Assembly (NCBI GenBank): GCA_030668825.1
Contig: DAOVET010000001.1
Coordinates: 42,634 to 106,633, forward strand
Reading direction: 5' to 3'
DNA from: Candidatus Heimdallarchaeota archaeon
GTDB taxonomy: Archaea; Asgardarchaeota; Heimdallarchaeia; Heimdallarchaeales; Heimdallarchaeaceae
DNA length: 64,000 nucleotides
Shown here: one piece after another, positions 60,119-64,000 of the stretch
Numbering within the stretch: the first letter of the stretch is position 1
How the letters are laid out: every line of letters starts with the position of its first letter
Program-made: the position numbers and the translations under genes
Notes under the pieces: generated by a model
Told to the model about the DNA's origin: nothing
The model's input: the letters and a program-made list of their open reading frames with translations, nothing else
Databases searched by the model: none

Positions 60119-61291
60119 ATGAGTGAAAGATTTTGTACTAATTGTGGCACTAACTTAACAGGTGAAGCTGTTTTTTGCCACATGTGTGGAGCAAGTATAC
60201 AAGATGTTCAAGGAGTTCCTACAGCTATGCCTATTAAGACAGATCCTCATCCTGGACCAGTTAAGAAATACGGGCCAGCTCGCCCTTATAGGCCTGTCAG
60301 ACAAAGACCTAAATTCCTTGGATTTGTGTTTGGAATGATTGCGTTAATGGTAGTTCCATTCATCATCATGGGTATCTTTGGAGCAATTAATTTTACAGAT
60401 ATTGGAACTTTAGACTTTGAAGTTAACTCATTAGCTTTTCCTAATATGGATTTAGAGATTGATAATGATGTAGGTTCTGTTGATATAACCTATGATGCTA
60501 CATTGACTAAATTGATGGTAGCTACATTAGAAGTGAGAGGACGACTTGGAGCAGATTTAGCAGATGCGAGGAATTTTGTTAGTACGGCGGATGGTTCAGA
60601 TCATATTACTGTAAGTTTTAACTCAGGACAGCGTAGTTTTTGGTTTTGGGATAAAACGGTGTTTGATTATGATATAGATATAAAATTACATCCCTCAGTA
60701 AATGCAAATTATACAGTAGATACAGATACAGGAACTATTACAGTTTCCACAAATGGAATTGATATGTTAAACTTCTCGAATATTAATATGATAACTAATA
60801 CTGGTAAAATATTCATGAACCTTGTAGGTTCCACCAATACATCCATTCAGGAGCTGGAGTTACATACAGATACTGGAAGAGTAGATTTAAACCTAGGCGA
60901 ACAAACCTATCTAAATACAAATGAAGTTATAATTGAAACTGATACAGGTGGTATTTCCTTAACTTATGAGGATTTAATTGTTCCTGGTGACATTGTTTGG
61001 GACATCCAGACAGAAACTGGAAGTATAACATTATCAATTACCCAGAATCTTATTCTTCCTTATGAATATGCAGCTGTGTTTCATGTAGATGCTGATACAG
61101 GTAGTATTAATTGTGTTTTCAATTTCAATTCAACTGTAGGCTATAATATTTATGCAGATACAGCAACTGGAAATATTGACCTACCTGGTTCTGGAGACTA
61201 CTATGAAAATTCCGCTTATTCTACTGCTGAAAACATATACAGATTCACACTAACTACTGATACTGGAAATGTAATCGTAACAGCATTTTAA
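60119..61291 (+). CDS. Zinc-ribbon + TM + DUF4097-like beta-repeat membrane protein
   Basis: FCTNCG...FCHMCG, Pro-rich linker, TM helix, repeated (T/A)DTG.I units. Confidence 0.85.
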   Translation: MSERFCTNCGTNLTGEAVFCHMCGASIQDVQGVPTAMPIKTDPHPGPVKKYGPARPYRPVRQRPKFLGFVFGMIALMVVPFIIMGIFGAINFTDIGTLDFEVNSLAFPNMDLEIDNDVGSVDITYDATLTKLMVATLEVRGRLGADLADARNFVSTADGSDHITVSFNSGQRSFWFWDKTVFDYDIDIKLHPSVNANYTVDTDTGTITVSTNGIDMLNFSNINMITNTGKIFMNLVGSTNTSIQELELHTDTGRVDLNLGEQTYLNTNEVIIETDTGGISLTYEDLIVPGDIVWDIQTETGSITLSITQNLILPYEYAAVFHVDADTGSINCVFNFNSTVGYNIYADTATGNIDLPGSGDYYENSAYSTAENIYRFTLTTDTGNVIVTAF

Positions 61292-61316
61292 GCAAATTAC
61301 AAATTTTTTTGGGGTG

Positions 61317-61495
61317 CTACAAAGCATCTATTATTTCTTTTACAATAGAAACTGTTTCATAGACAGCCTTGTCACAAGATTTTATTCTTTTAGGATTTTC
61401 CAAGTCAACTGAACCATCTGGTAAAATGAAACCATGTATTATTTCTCTATAGTAGAGAGTTCATACTTCTTCCCTGAATCTTTCTTTAAACCTTT
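61317..61495 (-). pseudogene. Degraded gene remnant, possibly C-GCAxxG-C-C family C-terminus
   Basis: Manual translation RFKERFREEV*TLYYREIIHGF...KSCDKAVYETVSIVKEIIDAL*; internal stop, no start codon. Confidence 0.3.
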
Positions 61496-61522
61496 TAATC
61501 AAATAATAAATTGAATCTTTAT

Positions 61523-62146
61523 CTAGTCCTTTCTCATGTAATATTCAGTTAAATGCTGAGCCTCATTGAATTTGACTATAGAGATTTTTCCATTTTCATA
61601 TAGTTTTACGTGACTAATAGAACATGGTTTAACATAAAAATCCCAATAATGTGAAGGATGCGTTTCAGTTAAATAAACAAAAATCAAATTGATAACTGCT
61701 CCATGTGTAACTAATGCTATAGTTTTTTCTGTTTGTTTCCTTAATCTCAAAAATAATCTGTGGAGCCTGTCTAGTACTTGATAAAATGTTTCTCCTCCTG
61801 GTATTAAAACATCATTTGGATTGGTTTTCCACTGCTTTTGTAGTTCTTTAGTAAAAACATCTTTACCCTTTTGTCCTTCCCACTCTCCAAATGAGATGTC
61901 CAGTAAAAATGGCTCTTCTACAATTTCTGCTTTATTTTGGTTTTGAAGTATTTTTTCAGCTGTAACCTTTGTTCTAGATAGTTTACTGTGATATATTTTC
62001 TCAATAGGAATTTTTGTAAGTTTTTTGCTTACTTCCTCAGCATGTTGTATTCCAAAATCAGACAGAGGAATATCTTTTCTCCCTCGTATTCTTTCTTCAC
62101 CCACATTAAATGCAGTTTCTCCATGTCGAATGATGTAAATGTCCAT
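61523..62146 (-). CDS. Histidine phosphatase (phosphoglycerate mutase family)
   Basis: RHGET..N, S.L.R...TA, FGEWEG, PGGE, VTHG. Confidence 0.92.
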   Translation of the reverse strand: MDIYIIRHGETAFNVGEERIRGRKDIPLSDFGIQHAEEVSKKLTKIPIEKIYHSKLSRTKVTAEKILQNQNKAEIVEEPFLLDISFGEWEGQKGKDVFTKELQKQWKTNPNDVLIPGGETFYQVLDRLHRLFLRLRKQTEKTIALVTHGAVINLIFVYLTETHPSHYWDFYVKPCSISHVKLYENGKISIVKFNEAQHLTEYYMRKD

Positions 62147-62255
62147 AGTATCACTTCTTCTTTATATTTTGAGGAAAAGTATTAGACTTCTTGAATTTTT
62201 CTCAAAGTAGCTTCCATCCATAAAATTCTTAATATACCAATTTTATGAGGGATTA

Positions 62256-63071
62256 ATGCAAGAAAAAATGAACAAAGAATGGATGGATGAGTTCGAAAAG
62301 AACTACTCTCTCTACAAAAAAGAATGGGATTTTCACTACAATCAAGTAAAAGCGTTTATTTTGTCTTGTTTACCAATGAAAACTAATCATTGGGGATTTA
62401 TTGGTGTTACAAACAGAGTTCCTGAAATAGGTGATAAAATTCTTAATCGAGTTGCGAATATCTCTCTTCTAGATATCAATCATGAAGCATTAAAACGAGC
62501 TAGGATTCACCTCGCTTCAGTTTATGATTTCAAAACTGTAGAAGTTCATACATTTGATACTACTATGGGATTCGTAACTTCAGTATGTGAAATTTTTGAT
62601 AAATTTGAACAAGGGGAATTACCAGAGAAAAAGCTACTTGATTCATTTACTAATATTGAACCTCCTGAAATCACATATCAAGGTGAAAGATATGATCTAG
62701 TAACCCATTTAGGAATAATGGATTATTATTTGATGCCACTATTTACTAAATACTGTCCTAGATTCAATAAACAGTATGATTCATTCTTTGAAATAATGCA
62801 AAAGCTAAATGATGAAGCTGCAAGAATTTCTATTCAAGTTCTAAAACAAATGCTCAATAAAAATGGGCAATTGATAATCTCTACACCAACTGAACGTTCC
62901 CCTGAAGGGGACGCATGCAAAAGATCATTATTCTGGTTAAATTCCATAGAAGACCATATCGAATCTGCTGGTTTAGTCATAAATAAAAAATCTACTCATC
63001 AATGGGAAGAATATCCAGTAAAAGGTGGTCATTCCCACACAATTTTGAATGTATGTTGCAAAAAAGAATAA
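62256..63071 (+). CDS. Hypothetical protein, possible divergent class I methyltransferase fold
   Basis: LLDIN..AL..AR, YDLV, L.KNGQLIISTP; glycine-rich motif I not clear. Confidence 0.55.
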   Translation: MQEKMNKEWMDEFEKNYSLYKKEWDFHYNQVKAFILSCLPMKTNHWGFIGVTNRVPEIGDKILNRVANISLLDINHEALKRARIHLASVYDFKTVEVHTFDTTMGFVTSVCEIFDKFEQGELPEKKLLDSFTNIEPPEITYQGERYDLVTHLGIMDYYLMPLFTKYCPRFNKQYDSFFEIMQKLNDEAARISIQVLKQMLNKNGQLIISTPTERSPEGDACKRSLFWLNSIEDHIESAGLVINKKSTHQWEEYPVKGGHSHTILNVCCKKE

Positions 63072-63082
63072 GTAGAGGAGGA

Positions 63083-63109
63083 GTATGAGAGAATGGCTAA
63101 CTCTCATAC
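63083..63109. terminator. Hairpin between convergent genes
   Basis: gtatgagag-N9-ctctcatac, perfect 9-bp arms. Confidence 0.45.
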
Positions 63110-63111
63110 AA

Positions 63112-64000
63112 TTAAGCAATTCTTTTTCTTCTAAAGACCAAAACTAAGCCTGTTAAGGCAAACAGAGTGATTGCTGAAACAATAAGGAGCTCATTTCTAG
63201 ACAGACCGGGCAGTTCCACCCAAAATCTTGACCCTAAAGAGCCCCATCCCGTTATTAATCCTTCAATACCTACTTTGGGATCATGAATGATTTCATCTCC
63301 CTTTGGATAATTAAGATATATTATATTCTTTTCTGAATCTGTTTCAAGAGGAGAAGTTAATACTTCCTGTCCAACCCCATCTATTGTTGCTGTTTTGAGC
63401 CATGAGAAGAAACATGTGTAATCCCCATAACTAATTTCCACTTCTTGCTCATCTGAAGATCTACCATCTTCTTCATCCTCTGTTGTTTCATCTTCGTCAT
63501 ATTCGACATCAAATTCAGATTCTAACTCAATTTTTAGTGCAAGAGATGAATTAATCTCAGTGAAACTAAAATTATTGATTTCAATGTCAAATTTAAACTG
63601 TGAAGGAGCAATAATTAAATCATTGACAACTGCAAATTCACCTGAAACATACATAGTTGAAGAGAAAACTCCATCAGTTGTTTCAATGGAAAAGGTATGT
63701 ACAGTTTCATTGTTTTTTGTTTCAACGGCATAAACTAATGTTTTGTAACTATTGATCTGATATATGCTTTCTACACTATCAACTAAAGCATCATAAATCC
63801 CATCTTCATTTTCATCAATGAATTCAACGATTTCAGGTATTGTAACTTTAAAAGAAATTTCTGTTTCATTTGTTTCCGAATCCTTTTCGAACTCAAATAT
63901 GAATTCTAATCCTTCAGAAGTAGCTTTCATCTCAGCCATGAACCTATTGTAAAGTTCATCTGAAGATAATTTTGATTCAATTTTCGCATCATCATCATCA
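63112..64000 (-). CDS. Acidic surface protein with C-terminal TM anchor (5' end outside window)
   Basis: Frame stays open upstream of 63939 to the window edge; Glu/Asp-rich; IIHDP.VG motif; TM plus RRKRIA tail. Confidence 0.8.
   Translation of the reverse strand, partial: DDDDAKIESKLSSDELYNRFMAEMKATSEGLEFIFEFEKDSETNETEISFKVTIPEIVEFIDENEDGIYDALVDSVESIYQINSYKTLVYAVETKNNETVHTFSIETTDGVFSSTMYVSGEFAVVNDLIIAPSQFKFDIEINNFSFTEINSSLALKIELESEFDVEYDEDETTEDEEDGRSSDEQEVEISYGDYTCFFSWLKTATIDGVGQEVLTSPLETDSEKNIIYLNYPKGDEIIHDPKVGIEGLITGWGSLGSRFWVELPGLSRNELLIVSAITLFALTGLVLVFRRKRIA

Noticed and set aside
1-64000. CRISPR array or cas operon
   Set aside because: No regularly spaced repeats seen; the Cas4-like TM0106 protein and the TnpBs have no array or other cas genes nearby.

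Overview
AT-rich archaeal DNA, most likely an Asgard archaeon (inferred from gatDE, archaeal CoaD/NadM, several Rab-like small GTPases and many surface proteins with C-terminal anchors). The main structural signal is a ~19.0 kb island inside a Rab-like small GTPase gene. The intact gene (896-1423) and an orphan 3' half of it (20093-20422; 84/109 aa identical, homology starting exactly at the Gln of the DxxGQ/G3 motif, with a 43/44-bp identical block) flank cargo of nucleases (PD-(D/E)xK, HNH, HsdR-N-like, OLD ATPase-TOPRIM), virus-like small proteins (TFB-type Zn ribbon, PIP-box protein), a subtilase and beta-helix surface proteins. An unannotated relic of a third GTPase (G3 and G4 motifs, 19950-20079) lies just before the orphan half, suggesting repeated integration at, and C-terminal swapping of, small GTPase genes. 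No integrase is recognisable. The rest is mostly housekeeping/metabolic DNA. It includes a tRNA-His with A73 and no encoded G-1, three tandem DUF3160 genes (the third a mosaic of the other two) and a short protein resembling an ESCRT-III hairpin. Two solo TnpB genes occur, one at the window start; the complete one has a rearranged RuvC-II and a predictable pseudoknotted omega-RNA. No CRISPR array or rRNA was seen. All family assignments come from motif recognition by eye, not database searches.
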